Shown: positions 38,824-48,806 of the stretch, one piece after another
How the letters are laid out: every line of letters starts with the position of its first letter
Position numbering within the stretch: the stretch's first letter is position 1
Source of the DNA: Anaerolinea sp.
GTDB lineage: Bacteria; Chloroflexota; Limnocylindria; Limnocylindrales; CSP1-4
NCBI GenBank assembly: GCA_013822395.1
Contig: PNKK01000001.1
Location: 20,970-84,969 of the forward strand
Reading direction: 5' to 3'
Length of the DNA: 64,000 bases
Made by a program: the position numbers and the translations under genes
The notes under the pieces: model-generated
Told to the model about the DNA's origin: nothing
Database searches by the model: none
The model's input: only the letters and a program-made list of their open reading frames with translations

Positions 38824-39675
38824 GTGTCGATGGTCCACAGGGACGGGTGTCCCGTGACTGACTTGCCCTCCGTGCCCCTGGGGCGGTCGCGCCCGCCGGC
38901 CGTGGCCGGTGCCTTCTACCCGGCCGAGCCCGACCGGCTGGCCCACGACGTCGACCGTCGGCTTGCCCGGGCCGCGGCTCCCGTGGCCGCCCGCCACCGA
39001 CGCGGGCGGCACGTTCGGGCGATCGTCGTGCCCCACGCCGGGTACATCTATTCGGGCGACGTCGCCGCACGCGCCTACGCCCTGATCCGGATCCAGCGTC
39101 CAACCCGCGTCGTGGTCGCGGGCCCGGCCCATTTTGTCGGCCTGCTCGGGGTCGCCGTACCGGGGGATCGTGCCTGGACGACGCCGCTCGGCGCCGTTCC
39201 GGTCGCAGAGGACCTGCGCACCGTCGCGGTCGAGGCCGGTGCGCTCGTCGACGATCGCGTCCACGCACGGGAGCACGCCGTCGAAGTCCAGGTCCCGTTC
39301 CTCCAGCGCGTTGGCGCGGCGGAGCTGGAGATCCTCCCCGTCGCGGTCGGGGAGACGGAGCCGGGCGAGGTTGCCCGGCTGCTCGCTCGACTGGCCGCTG
39401 TCGCCGACCTCATCGTGATCTCCACCGACCTGTCGCACTACCTCGCCGAGCCGGTCGCGCGGCGGCGGGACGAGCGGACGGTCCGGTCCGTCCTTCGCGG
39501 GGACCCCGGCGCCATCGGTGAGGGCGATGCCTGTGGCGTCTTCGCGCTTCGAGGCCTGACCGCGTGGGCCCGTGACGCCGGGCTCGAGGTCCGCCTGCTC
39601 GACCGGCGGACCTCGGCGGACGCGGGCGGGGACCCGGATCGGGTCGTTGGTTACGCCGCGCTCGCGATCGGCTGA
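38824..39675 (+). CDS. MEMO1-family protein (AmmeMemoRadiSam-system protein B)
   Basis: AGAFYP motif, VVPHAGYIYSG and conserved His ligands. Starts 4 nt after the radical SAM gene. Confidence 0.8.
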   Translation: MSMVHRDGCPVTDLPSVPLGRSRPPAVAGAFYPAEPDRLAHDVDRRLARAAAPVAARHRRGRHVRAIVVPHAGYIYSGDVAARAYALIRIQRPTRVVVAGPAHFVGLLGVAVPGDRAWTTPLGAVPVAEDLRTVAVEAGALVDDRVHAREHAVEVQVPFLQRVGAAELEILPVAVGETEPGEVARLLARLAAVADLIVISTDLSHYLAEPVARRRDERTVRSVLRGDPGAIGEGDACGVFALRGLTAWARDAGLEVRLLDRRTSADAGGDPDRVVGYAALAIG

Positions 39676-39896
39676 GCCTCGGAGGACCCGTTCAGCCACG
39701 TGCCGCCCATCAGGACGGAGCAGCGGAAGAAGCCGACGCCGATCGGGCAACGCGCTGACGGCTCGAGCGGGGCGCTTGCCGGCGGTCGCGTCGACTGCAT
39801 GGACGGCGGGAGCACAGGCGCCATCGTCAAGCCACCGAGACGGCTGAAGCCACGCTCGGATCGTGCGATGGGCGGTGCTGGCGGCGTCGTCGGCGC

Positions 39897-40700
39897 TTGG
39901 CGACGGGCGATGACCGACACGTAAGGGCTCGGTGTGACCATGCAGCCGTCGTGGTCAAGCTCAAGCGCGCCGAGCTCACCGTTGAGGCCCGGCGTCGCAA
40001 CCAGGAACAGGCCGCCCGCCTCGGGGGCGAGCTGGCCGCCTCCCGGAAGCGACGCCGCCTGACTCAGCAGCAGGTGGCCGACCTCGTGGACGTGGCACGG
40101 TCGACCGTGTCGGCCGCGGAGAACGGCCGCGGCGCGGGACTGACCCTCGATACGTGGCAGCGGCTCGGGCTCGCGGTTGGCAGGCCGCTCAGGGTCGAGC
40201 TCCTGCGCGACCCGCTTGAGGAGCCCGCCGACGCCGGGCATCTCGCGATCCAGGAGCTCATCCTCGGACTTGGGCGGGCGGCGGGCTATCGCGCCACGTT
40301 CGAGTTGCCAACGAGACCCGACGATCCGCGCCGCTCGGTGGATGTCGGACTCCGCGACGATCGTCGACGGCGGCTCGTGCTCGTCGAGGCGTGGAACACG
40401 TTCGGCAACGTCGGCGCGTCGGTCCGGTCCACGAACCGGAAGATGGTGGAAGCGGATGGGCTGGCGGCCGCGATCTGGGGCGAGGCACCACACGAGGTCG
40501 TCGCCTGCTGGGTCGTCCGCGCGACGCGGCCCAACCGCGAGCTCGTGGCGCGCTACCCGGAGCTCTTTGCCTCTCGCTTTCCCGGCTCCTCCGCGCGCTG
40601 GGTCAGGGCGCTGACGAGCGGCTCGACACCGCCGGCCGAGCCGGGCCTCCTGTGGTGCGATGTCAATGCGACCCGCCTGTTCGCCTGGCGACGAGGCTGA
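39897..40700 (+). CDS. XRE-family HTH transcriptional regulator with a C-terminal domain of unknown function
   Basis: LTQQQVADLVDVARSTVSAAENGRGAGLTLDTWQRLGLAVG is an XRE/Cro-type HTH. The start is uncertain. A GTG near 39950 is possible. Confidence 0.5.
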   Translation: MATGDDRHVRARCDHAAVVVKLKRAELTVEARRRNQEQAARLGGELAASRKRRRLTQQQVADLVDVARSTVSAAENGRGAGLTLDTWQRLGLAVGRPLRVELLRDPLEEPADAGHLAIQELILGLGRAAGYRATFELPTRPDDPRRSVDVGLRDDRRRRLVLVEAWNTFGNVGASVRSTNRKMVEADGLAAAIWGEAPHEVVACWVVRATRPNRELVARYPELFASRFPGSSARWVRALTSGSTPPAEPGLLWCDVNATRLFAWRRG

Positions 40701-40732
40701 CGGACGACGCGGCTGGCGCTCGCGCCGCTCGG

Positions 40733-42127
40733 CTACGCCATCCGCGCGTGGTCGGCCGTCCCGCGCCGAACGAACTGGCCATGGCCCTTCCGCCCGGTGA
40801 ACGTGCCGTCACGGACGACCACCGTGCCGCGGCTCATGACGACGTCGCTCGCTCCCTGAACCGTCCGGCCCTCGTAGCACGAGTAGTCGACGTCCATGTG
40901 GTGTGTCCTGGCCGAGATGACGCGCTTCCGGTTCGGGTCGTAGATGACGAGGTCCGCGTCCGAGCCGACGGCCACGGCGCCCTTGCGCGGGTACATCCCG
41001 AACAGCTTCGCCGGCGCGGTGGAGGTGATCTCCACCCAGCGCTCCCTCGTTATCCTCCCGCCGACGACGCCGCCGTCGTGGAGGAGGTCCATCCGGTCCT
41101 CGACGCCCGGCAGGCCGTTGGGGATCTTCCGGAAGTCGCCCCGACCCAGCTCCTTCTGGCCGTGGAAGTCGAACGGGCAGTGGTCGGTCGAGACGACCTG
41201 GAGGTCGTCCTTGACGAGGCCCTTCCAGAGCTCCCGCTGGTGGTCCTCCGTCCGGAGCGGGGGCGAGCAGACGAATTTGGAGCCCTCGAACCCGTTGCTG
41301 AGGTCGTCGAGCGAGAGGAAGAGGTACTGCGGGCAGGTCTCGGCGAAGGCTGGCAGTCCTTCGTCCCGCGCCTGCCGGACCGCGTTGAGTGCCTCGCGCG
41401 CCGAGAGATGGACGATGTAGACGGGAACCTTTGCGGCCTCCGCCAGGCGGATCACCCGGTTGGTCGCCTCGCCCTCCAGGACGGAGTAGCGCGCCAACCC
41501 GTGGCCGATCGGATCGGTCACCCCCGCGGCGACCGTGTCCGCGGCGATGACGTCGATCGCCAGCCCGTTCTCGGCGTGCATCATGATCAGCCCGCCGTTC
41601 CTTCCGGTCCGCTGCATCGCCCGAAAGATCGCACCGTCGTCGCTGAAGAAGACGCCCGGGTAGGCGGTGAAGAGCTTGAAGTCCGGCACGCCCTCCGCAA
41701 CGAGCGTGTCCATCTCCGCGAGCGACTGGTCGTTGACGTCGCTCATGATCATGTGGAACCCGTAGTCGACGACCGCATTGCCCTCGGCCTTGGCGTGCCA
41801 GGCGTCGAGGCCCTCGCGGAGCGACCTCCCGCGGCTCTGGACCGCGAAGTCGACGATCGTCGTCGTCCCACCGAAGGCGGCCGCCCGGGTGCCGGTCTCG
41901 AAGGTGTCCTTGGCGAATGTCCCGCCGAACGGCAGCTCCATGTGGGTGTGGACGTCGATGCCGCCGGGGATGACGTACCTCCCGGTCGCGTCGATCGTCT
42001 CGTCCGCTCCGAGGGTGCCGGCCAGCCCGGCCCCGATCGCGGCGATCGTCTCGCCGTCGACGAGTACGTCGGCGACGGTCGAACCCTCGGCGGTGACGAT
42101 CGTGCCGTTGGTGATCAGCGTGCGCAT
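40733..42127 (-). CDS. dihydropyrimidinase / D-hydantoinase (cyclic amidohydrolase)
   Basis: IPGGIDVHTHMELPF metal-binding HxH. The carbamylated-Lys region and overall 464-aa length match hydantoinase. Confidence 0.85.
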   Translation of the reverse strand: MRTLITNGTIVTAEGSTVADVLVDGETIAAIGAGLAGTLGADETIDATGRYVIPGGIDVHTHMELPFGGTFAKDTFETGTRAAAFGGTTTIVDFAVQSRGRSLREGLDAWHAKAEGNAVVDYGFHMIMSDVNDQSLAEMDTLVAEGVPDFKLFTAYPGVFFSDDGAIFRAMQRTGRNGGLIMMHAENGLAIDVIAADTVAAGVTDPIGHGLARYSVLEGEATNRVIRLAEAAKVPVYIVHLSAREALNAVRQARDEGLPAFAETCPQYLFLSLDDLSNGFEGSKFVCSPPLRTEDHQRELWKGLVKDDLQVVSTDHCPFDFHGQKELGRGDFRKIPNGLPGVEDRMDLLHDGGVVGGRITRERWVEITSTAPAKLFGMYPRKGAVAVGSDADLVIYDPNRKRVISARTHHMDVDYSCYEGRTVQGASDVVMSRGTVVVRDGTFTGRKGHGQFVRRGTADHARMA

Positions 42128-42207
42128 GCGCGTCTGCCTCCCGTGGACGCCCGTGGATCGCCCGGGCCGCGACCGGCGTCGGGCGTCGACCCGGCTACCT
42201 CGCTGGC

Positions 42208-42270
42208 TACTTGGCCGGCTTCGGCTTGTTCTGCTTCGGCTTCTTGGGGGTCTTGGCCTTCTTGTCCATG
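42208..42270 (-). CDS. possible 20-codon lysine-rich micro-ORF (MDKKAKTPKKPKQNKPKPAK) between the LLM and hydantoinase genes
   Basis: ATG preceded by a GGAG four nt upstream. It sits in a 320-bp gap inside an otherwise tightly packed minus-strand operon. It could be a leader peptide or sORF. Speculative. Confidence 0.2.
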
Positions 42271-42450
42271 ACGCTCCGTCCTCTGCTGTGTGGCGACCGC
42301 ACGGTGCGGCTACCCCGCTGCGTCGGCAACCGCGCTGGTCACCGACGGCGCTGCACGCGATGGTCGCACAGGCGCGGCCTCGAAGTCAGCCCCGCCCGGT
42401 CCCGGGTCCGTGCCGGTCCAGGCGCCCGGGATCCGGCCGCCGGCGGCGCG

Positions 42451-43464
42451 TCAGGCCGGGCGCGCGGCGGCGACCTCGCGCAGCGCGGGCAGGACGTCCG
42501 CGGCGAATCGCTCCAGCTGCTCCATCTCGTCGCCGTTCATCAGGTAGACGTTGAACTGGTCCACGCCCGCGTCCGCCAGGCCGCGGAGCTTGGCGATGAC
42601 CTCCGAGGCGTCGCCCAGGACGCAGAACCGGTCGGTCACCTCGTCGCCGACGAAGCCCGCGTTGGACGAGCCGACCTCCGCGTGGTGGTGGTAGTCGTAG
42701 CCGCCGCGGTCGCCGATGTAGCCGGTCAGTGACTCCGGGAGCTGCTCACGCGGGTACCTGCTGACGAGATCGACGACGTGGTTCGAGACGAGCGCCGGAA
42801 ACCAGCGCGTCCGCTCGCGACCGAGATCTCGGGGCCCGATGAACATCGGCGCGGCCGACTGGACGCGGATCCCGGCCGGATCCCGGCCGGCCGCCGATGC
42901 CGCCTCGCGAACCTGCGACACGAACCACCGGATGAGGTCCTGGTCCGCCAGCTGGAGGATGACCCCGTCGGCGACGCGTCCGGTCATCGCCAGGGCCAGC
43001 GGGCCGTAGCCGGCGACCCAGACCGGCAGCTTCCAGCGGCCGCTCCACGGGAAGACGAGCTCGGTGCCCTCGTATTCGATCGAGCGGCCCTCGACCAGCT
43101 CCCGGATGACGCGGATCGCCTCCTCCGTGCCGGCGAGCGTGATCGGCGGCTTGCCCAGGACCCGCCGCGCGGAGTCGCCGCGCCCGATGCCCAGGTCCAT
43201 TCGTCCGCCGGAGATCTCGTTGAGGGTGGCGAGCGCGGACGCGGTGACCGACGGCTCGCGCGTGCCCGGGTTCGTGACACACGTTCCGAGCCGCATCCGC
43301 TCGGTGTTCAGGGCCATCAGCGTCAGTAGTGGATAGGGCTCCCGCCAGAGGACGTGCGAGTCGAACAACCAGCCGTACTCGAAACCGCCGGCCTCGGCCG
43401 CCCTCGCGAACTCGACCGTCCGCGTGGCCGTGTGGTCCGGCTTGAGGGTGAACCCAAACTGCAT
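42451..43464 (-). CDS. LLM-class (luciferase-like) flavin- or F420-dependent oxidoreductase
   Basis: 337-aa TIM-barrel LLM pattern (MQFGFTLKPDH...GFEYGWLFDSHVLWREPYPLLTLMALNTERMRLGTCVTNP...GRMDLGIGRGDS). Confidence 0.75.
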   Translation of the reverse strand: MQFGFTLKPDHTATRTVEFARAAEAGGFEYGWLFDSHVLWREPYPLLTLMALNTERMRLGTCVTNPGTREPSVTASALATLNEISGGRMDLGIGRGDSARRVLGKPPITLAGTEEAIRVIRELVEGRSIEYEGTELVFPWSGRWKLPVWVAGYGPLALAMTGRVADGVILQLADQDLIRWFVSQVREAASAAGRDPAGIRVQSAAPMFIGPRDLGRERTRWFPALVSNHVVDLVSRYPREQLPESLTGYIGDRGGYDYHHHAEVGSSNAGFVGDEVTDRFCVLGDASEVIAKLRGLADAGVDQFNVYLMNGDEMEQLERFAADVLPALREVAAARPA

Positions 43465-43498
43465 CGAGCGATGACCTCCCGGATCTGGTTCGGACGGG

Positions 43499-44350
43499 CT
43501 ATGGGCGGACGAGATCCCCGTATGCGTCCGGCCGGCGGTCGCGATAGAACTGCCAGGTCTGGCGGACCTGCTGGACGACGTCGAGATCCATGTCGCGGAT
43601 GATCAGCTCCTCGGCGTACGGATCGCCGACGGCCCCGATGAACTGGCCGCGCGGGTCGCAGAAGTAGCTCTGGCCGTAGAAGTCGTCGTCGCCGAGCTCC
43701 TTCTCGATGCCGACCCGGTTGATCGTCCCGACGAAGTAGCCGTTGGCGACCGCGTGGCTGACCTGCTCGATCCGCCACAGGTATTCGGACAGGCCGCGCG
43801 AGGTTGCGCTCGGGATGAACACCATCTCCGCGCCGTTGAGGCCGAGCGCCCGGGCTCCCTCCGGGAAGTGGCGGTCGTAGCAGATGTAGACGCCGACCTT
43901 GCCGACCGCGGTCTCGAAGACCGGGTAACCCAGGTTACCGGGCCGGAAGTAGTACTTCTCCCAGAAGCCCTTCACGTGCGGGATGTGGGTCTTGCGGTAC
44001 TTGCCGAGGTACTTCCCGTCGGCGTCGATGACGGCGGCGGTGTTGTAGTAGATGCCGGACGCGGTCGCGTCCTCCTCGTACATCGGGACGACGAGGACCA
44101 TGCCGGTCTGCTTCGCGAGGTCCTGCATCCGCTTCGTCGTGGGGCCGTCCGGGATCAGTTCCGTGTAGGCGTAATACTGCGGGTCCTGGACCTGGCAGAA
44201 GTAGGGCCCGTAGAAGAGCTCCTGGAAGAGCATCACCTGGGCGCCCTGCTTCGCGGCCTCATGGGCGGCCGACTCGTGCTTCTGGATCATCGACTCCTTG
44301 TCGCCGGTCCAGGTGGCCTGGAGCAGTGCGCCTCGCACGATCCTCGGCAT
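43499..44350 (-). CDS. beta-ureidopropionase (N-carbamoyl-beta-alanine amidohydrolase), CN-hydrolase/nitrilase superfamily, eukaryotic-type
   Basis: Blocks GNLGYPVF, ICYDRHFP, NGAEMVFIPSAT, SEYLWRIEQVSHAVANGYF and NRVGIE closely parallel animal UPB1-type beta-alanine synthase. The catalytic Cys is in VYICYDRHF. Confidence 0.8.
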   Translation of the reverse strand: MPRIVRGALLQATWTGDKESMIQKHESAAHEAAKQGAQVMLFQELFYGPYFCQVQDPQYYAYTELIPDGPTTKRMQDLAKQTGMVLVVPMYEEDATASGIYYNTAAVIDADGKYLGKYRKTHIPHVKGFWEKYYFRPGNLGYPVFETAVGKVGVYICYDRHFPEGARALGLNGAEMVFIPSATSRGLSEYLWRIEQVSHAVANGYFVGTINRVGIEKELGDDDFYGQSYFCDPRGQFIGAVGDPYAEELIIRDMDLDVVQQVRQTWQFYRDRRPDAYGDLVRP

Positions 44351-44670
44351 CGACTTCCCTCTCTCAACTCATGACCGCGCCACTCGTGGCGCGTGGGGGT
44401 GCGGAAGAAGGCACGAGGGTACACCCCGAACGACCGGTCGTGGAGGCGCGGGGACAAGCACCCCAAGACTCCGACCCGACCCTCGGCGGCGGCCATCTGC
44501 GGCCCGCCGCCCCAACGAATTTGCTGCTGGGGGCATCACGGGTCGGGTTGCCGCCGGCGGGGCACGCCCGTGATCACCCTCGGTGGCGTCGCCTCGGTCG
44601 CATCTGCCACAATCGACCGACACCTCACGTCGCGACTGCCACGTCACCCATGACCCGAACGGAGTCCTCC

Positions 44671-46005
44671 ATGGCCGTCGAATCTGCCACCACGATGTCG
44701 AGCGCGGAGATCGTCGCGCTCAACCGCGCCCACACGTTCTTCTCGTGGTCCGTCCAGGGAGCGCTTGACCCGATCGCGATCGACCACGCCGAGGGCGTCT
44801 ACCTGTACACGCCCGAGGGCCGGCGGATCCTCGACTTCAACAGCCAGCTGATGTCCGTGAACATCGGCCACGGCGATCGCCGGGTGATCGATGCCATCAC
44901 CGAGCAGGCGCTGAAGCTCCAGTACGTCCAGCCCGCCTTCGCAACCGAGATCCGCGGCCGCCTGGGGCAGAAGCTCGCCGAGATCCTGCCCGGCGACATC
45001 GACAAGGTCTTCTTCACGCTCGGCGGGGCGGAGGCGATCGAGAACGCGATCAAGCTGGCCCGCCACCACACAGGCCGCCACAAGGTGCTTGCCCGCTACC
45101 GGGCCTACCACGGTGCGACGTTCGGGGCGATGACGCTCACGGGGGACCCCCGCCGCTGGGCCAACGAGCCGGGCCTCGTGGGTGTCGTCCGCTACCCCGA
45201 CACCCACCGCTGGGGCGAGGCGGAGCCGCGGCCGGTCGCGGAATCCCTGCAGGGGCTCGAGGACGTCATCCGCTACGAGGGCCCGCAGACCATCGCCGCG
45301 GTCTTTCTCGAGACGATTGTCGGCACGAACGGAATCCTGATCCCGCCGGACGGCTACCTTCAGGGCGTTCGCGAGATCTGCGACCGCCACGGGATCCTGA
45401 TGGTCTGCGACGAGGTCATGGCCGGCTTCGGGCGAACCGGAAAGTGGTTCGCCGTGAACCACTGGGGCGTCGTGCCGGACCTCATGACCATGGCCAAGGG
45501 GCTCACGAGCTCCTATCTGCCGCTCGGCGCCGTCGCGATGCGTCACGGAATCGCCGAGGCCTTCGAGACGAAGATGTTCTACGGCGGCCTGACCTACAGC
45601 TCGCACCCGGTGAGCCTCGCTGCGGCCCTCGCGACGATCCGCGTCTACGAGGAGGACGGACTGATCGAGAACGCCGCCCGGCTGGATCCCGTCATGCGGG
45701 CCCACCACGAGCGGCTGGCGGCGAGGCACCCGTCCGTGGGTGCGCACCGCAATCTGGGGCTGTTCGGGATCCTGGACCTCGTCAGGAGCCGGGATCCCTG
45801 GACGCCGCTCACTCCGTTCAACGGGACGAGCGACGAGATGAAGGCGATCGGGAGGCACCTCCGCGAGCACGGTGTCTATGCGATGCTCGCCAACAACTCG
45901 ATCCACACGAACCCGCCGTTGTGCGTCACCGAGGCGCAACTGGCCGAGGGCTTCGAGGTCATCGACGCGGCCCTCGACATCGTCGATCAGGCGGTCGTCG
46001 GCTGA
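44671..46005 (+). CDS. class-III (omega) aminotransferase, probable beta-alanine/beta-aminoisobutyrate:pyruvate transaminase
   Basis: ATG 44671 with GGAG upstream; ATG 44650 is an alternative. PLP-dependent AT-III blocks DEVMAGFGRTGKWFA and the TMAKGLTSSYLPLGA lysine region. Confidence 0.85.
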   Translation: MAVESATTMSSAEIVALNRAHTFFSWSVQGALDPIAIDHAEGVYLYTPEGRRILDFNSQLMSVNIGHGDRRVIDAITEQALKLQYVQPAFATEIRGRLGQKLAEILPGDIDKVFFTLGGAEAIENAIKLARHHTGRHKVLARYRAYHGATFGAMTLTGDPRRWANEPGLVGVVRYPDTHRWGEAEPRPVAESLQGLEDVIRYEGPQTIAAVFLETIVGTNGILIPPDGYLQGVREICDRHGILMVCDEVMAGFGRTGKWFAVNHWGVVPDLMTMAKGLTSSYLPLGAVAMRHGIAEAFETKMFYGGLTYSSHPVSLAAALATIRVYEEDGLIENAARLDPVMRAHHERLAARHPSVGAHRNLGLFGILDLVRSRDPWTPLTPFNGTSDEMKAIGRHLREHGVYAMLANNSIHTNPPLCVTEAQLAEGFEVIDAALDIVDQAVVG

Positions 46006-46045
46006 CGCCGGAGCGGCAGATGGCGATCTCGACCCGGAGCCGGCC

Positions 46046-47062
46046 GTGACCGACCACCGGGCGCTCGACGCCGCCCCGGACGGGTCCGAGGCGGCCGACT
46101 TCGCGCTCGCCGAGGCCGAGGCGGAGCTGGCCGCCGACCTCGAGGCGATCGCCCCGCGGACACCGCGTCCCGTGCCTGGCACGTCGCGCCACCGCCTCCG
46201 ACCCGTCCTGGGCTTCCTGACTATCCTCGCCGCGATCCTGGTCGTCTGGGAGGGCGCCAAGCTCCTCGGCGGCGACCGCCTCGCGCTGGACGGCATCCTC
46301 GGCCTGCCGATTCGCATCGACCATCGTCCGCCGTTCCAGTGGAAGATCGCCAACGACCTGAGCCTCCCGCACCTGTGGACGGTGTTCAACGCGTTCTTCG
46401 TGCAGGACGCGGTCGGCGATACGCTGGCGGTGCGCCTGCTCTGGGCCGCGTTCGCGACGTTCCGCGGCGCGCTCGTCGGGTTCGCCCTGGGAGCGGGCAT
46501 CGGACTGCTTCTCGCCATCGTCCTGATCCAGGTACGCCTCCTGGAACGCTCGCTGGTCCCGCTGCTCGTCGCGAGCCAGACGGTTCCGATCGTGGCGATC
46601 GCCCCCGTCATCGTCGTCGGCCTCAAGGCCGGCTGGTTCGGCATCGCGCTGGTTGCCGGGTACCTCACATTCTTCCCGGTGACGATCGCCGCGACCCGCG
46701 GCATGCGCTCGGCGGACCCGCGGGCGTTCGAGCTCCTCCGTTCGTACGCGGCATCGAACCGCGACGTCCTACTCCGGCTCCGGCTGCCCGCGGCCGCGCC
46801 ATACCTGTTCACGGCGTTCAAGATCGCGGCCACCGCGTCCGTGGTCGGCGCGATCGTCGGGGAGCTCCCGTCCGGGACGCGAGAGGGACTGGGCGGGGCG
46901 ATTCTGAACGCGATGCAGTACTACTCCATCCAGCCGGGCCGGCTGTGGGCGACGATCATCGTGGCGTCGCTCCTCGGCATCGGCTGCTTCGTTCTCGTCG
47001 TCCTTGCGGAGCGCCGCGCCCTCCGCCACTACCGGCCCGATGACCTGGGAGTCGCCGCATGA
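46046..47062 (+). CDS. ABC transporter permease (NitT/TauT family)
   Basis: GTG 46046. Six predicted TM helices. ...AAIVLIQVRLLERSLVPLLVASQTVPIVAIAPVIVVG is an EAA-loop-like region. Confidence 0.7.
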   Translation: MTDHRALDAAPDGSEAADFALAEAEAELAADLEAIAPRTPRPVPGTSRHRLRPVLGFLTILAAILVVWEGAKLLGGDRLALDGILGLPIRIDHRPPFQWKIANDLSLPHLWTVFNAFFVQDAVGDTLAVRLLWAAFATFRGALVGFALGAGIGLLLAIVLIQVRLLERSLVPLLVASQTVPIVAIAPVIVVGLKAGWFGIALVAGYLTFFPVTIAATRGMRSADPRAFELLRSYAASNRDVLLRLRLPAAAPYLFTAFKIAATASVVGAIVGELPSGTREGLGGAILNAMQYYSIQPGRLWATIIVASLLGIGCFVLVVLAERRALRHYRPDDLGVAA

Positions 47063-47949
47063 CCGACGCCGCCATCTCCGCGCCCGCCGCGACCCCGGCG
47101 CCCGCTGCCGTGTCTGCCACGACGGTTCCAGTCGTCCAGCTTACCGGGGTGTCCAAGGTTTTCCAGCCCACCTCGCAGGGCGCCCGGCCGGTCGAGGCGC
47201 TCAAGGGCATCGACCTCACGGTCCGGCGCGGCGAGTTCGTGTCGCTCATCGGCCCGTCGGGCTGCGGGAAGTCGACGCTCCTCCGGGCCATCGGGGATCT
47301 CACGTCCGTCACCGAGGGCTCGGTCGCCGTCAACGGCAAGCCGGCGGCGCAGGCCCGCCGCGACCGGGATTACGGGATGGTCTTCCAGGCGCCCGTCCTG
47401 TTCGAGTGGCGGTCGGTCCAGGAGAACGTGGAGCTGCCGCTCGAGATCATCGGGCGGCCACCGCACGAGCGCGCGGTGCGGGCCCGGGAGATGCTGGACC
47501 TGGTGGAGCTCGGTGAGTTCATGAGCCACCGGCCGTGGCAGCTGTCCGGCGGCATGCAGCAGCGGGTCGCGATTGCCCGGGCGCTTGCCCTGGGCCCGGA
47601 CATCCTGCTCATGGACGAGCCGTTCGGCGCTCTCGACGAGATGACACGCGAGCGCATGAACCTGGAGCTGCTCCGGATCTGGGAGCGGACTGGGACGACC
47701 GTGATCTTCGTGACCCACTCGATCCCGGAGGCGGTCTTCCTGTCCACCCGCGTCGTGGTCATGTCCGCCCGCCCGGGCCGCATCACGGACGTCGTCGACG
47801 TGGACCTGCCGCACAGCCGCGACGTCGAGACACGGGAGCTGGAGCGGTACTTCGAGCTCGTCACCCGCGTTCGTGAGAGCCTCCGCCGCGGCGAGGGTCC
47901 ATCGTCCGGGGGGACGGCCCGCGTCCGTGCGGAGGGGCTGTCCGCATGA
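47059..47949 (+). CDS. ABC transporter ATP-binding protein (NitT/TauT family)
   Basis: Walker A GPSGCGKSTL. Signature LSGGMQQRVAIARAL. Walker B LLMDEPFGALD. Confidence 0.85.
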   Translation: MTDAAISAPAATPAPAAVSATTVPVVQLTGVSKVFQPTSQGARPVEALKGIDLTVRRGEFVSLIGPSGCGKSTLLRAIGDLTSVTEGSVAVNGKPAAQARRDRDYGMVFQAPVLFEWRSVQENVELPLEIIGRPPHERAVRAREMLDLVELGEFMSHRPWQLSGGMQQRVAIARALALGPDILLMDEPFGALDEMTRERMNLELLRIWERTGTTVIFVTHSIPEAVFLSTRVVVMSARPGRITDVVDVDLPHSRDVETRELERYFELVTRVRESLRRGEGPSSGGTARVRAEGLSA

Positions 47950-48806
47950 CCGCGGCCGCGCCATCCGGCGCGAGCGCCGCCAGCGCGGCCGGCACGGTGG
48001 CGGCCGGGGCCGTGCTCCGCGGCCCGACCTTCGGGGAGCGCGTCCGGGAGTGGCTGCCCGCCGCAGTGCTGTTCGTGGGCGCGCTCGCCGCCTGGGAGGT
48101 CATCGTCCGAGTCTTCCAGATCAAGCAGTTCATCCTGCCGAGCCCGGTCGCCATCGCGACGGCGTGGTGGACGTACCTTCCGGAGCTGTCCTCGGCCGCG
48201 GCGTACACGCTCGTGGAGGTCGTCGGCGGCCTGCTGATCGGCGTCACGGCGGGGATCCTCGCGGGCGCGGTCACGGCTCGCTATGCGGCGGTCCGCGAGG
48301 CCGCCCTGCCCTTCGCCGTCGCAGCGAACTCGATCCCGATTGTCGCCTTCGCCCCGATCTTCAACATCTGGTTCGGGCTGGACACGCAGGTCTCGAAGAT
48401 GATGATTGCGGCCGTCCTGTGCTTCTTTCCGGTGATGATCAACACGGTTCGAGGCCTGCTCAGCGCGCCGGCGCCGGCCCTCGAGCTGATGCGCTCCTAC
48501 GCCGCGAGCGACCGCGAGACGTTCCTGCGGGTTCGGGTGCCGTCGGCCGTGCCGTACGTCTTTACCGCGCTGCGGGTCTCGGCCACCCTCGCGACGATCG
48601 GCGCGGTCATCGGGGAGTACTTCGGCGCGCCGAAGGTGAGCCTCGGCCAGTACATCGTCACGTACAGCTCGTACCTGAACTTCGAGCGCTCGTGGGGGGC
48701 GATCGTGTTTGCCGCCGCCATGGGGATCGGGCTGTATGTGCTGGTCGTGCTCGTCGAGCGGCTCGTGGCCCCGTGGGCGGCGGACCGGTCGGGCGCCCCG
48801 GCCTGA
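47946..48806 (+). CDS. ABC transporter permease (NitT/TauT family)
   Basis: 4-bp overlap with the ATPase gene. TM-rich with a binding-protein-dependent transport signature. Confidence 0.8.
   Translation: MTAAAPSGASAASAAGTVAAGAVLRGPTFGERVREWLPAAVLFVGALAAWEVIVRVFQIKQFILPSPVAIATAWWTYLPELSSAAAYTLVEVVGGLLIGVTAGILAGAVTARYAAVREAALPFAVAANSIPIVAFAPIFNIWFGLDTQVSKMMIAAVLCFFPVMINTVRGLLSAPAPALELMRSYAASDRETFLRVRVPSAVPYVFTALRVSATLATIGAVIGEYFGAPKVSLGQYIVTYSSYLNFERSWGAIVFAAAMGIGLYVLVVLVERLVAPWAADRSGAPA

Noticed and set aside
37561-39750. 729-aa minus-strand ORF
   Set aside because: It is antisense to the radical SAM and MEMO1 genes, which have strong motifs on the plus strand.
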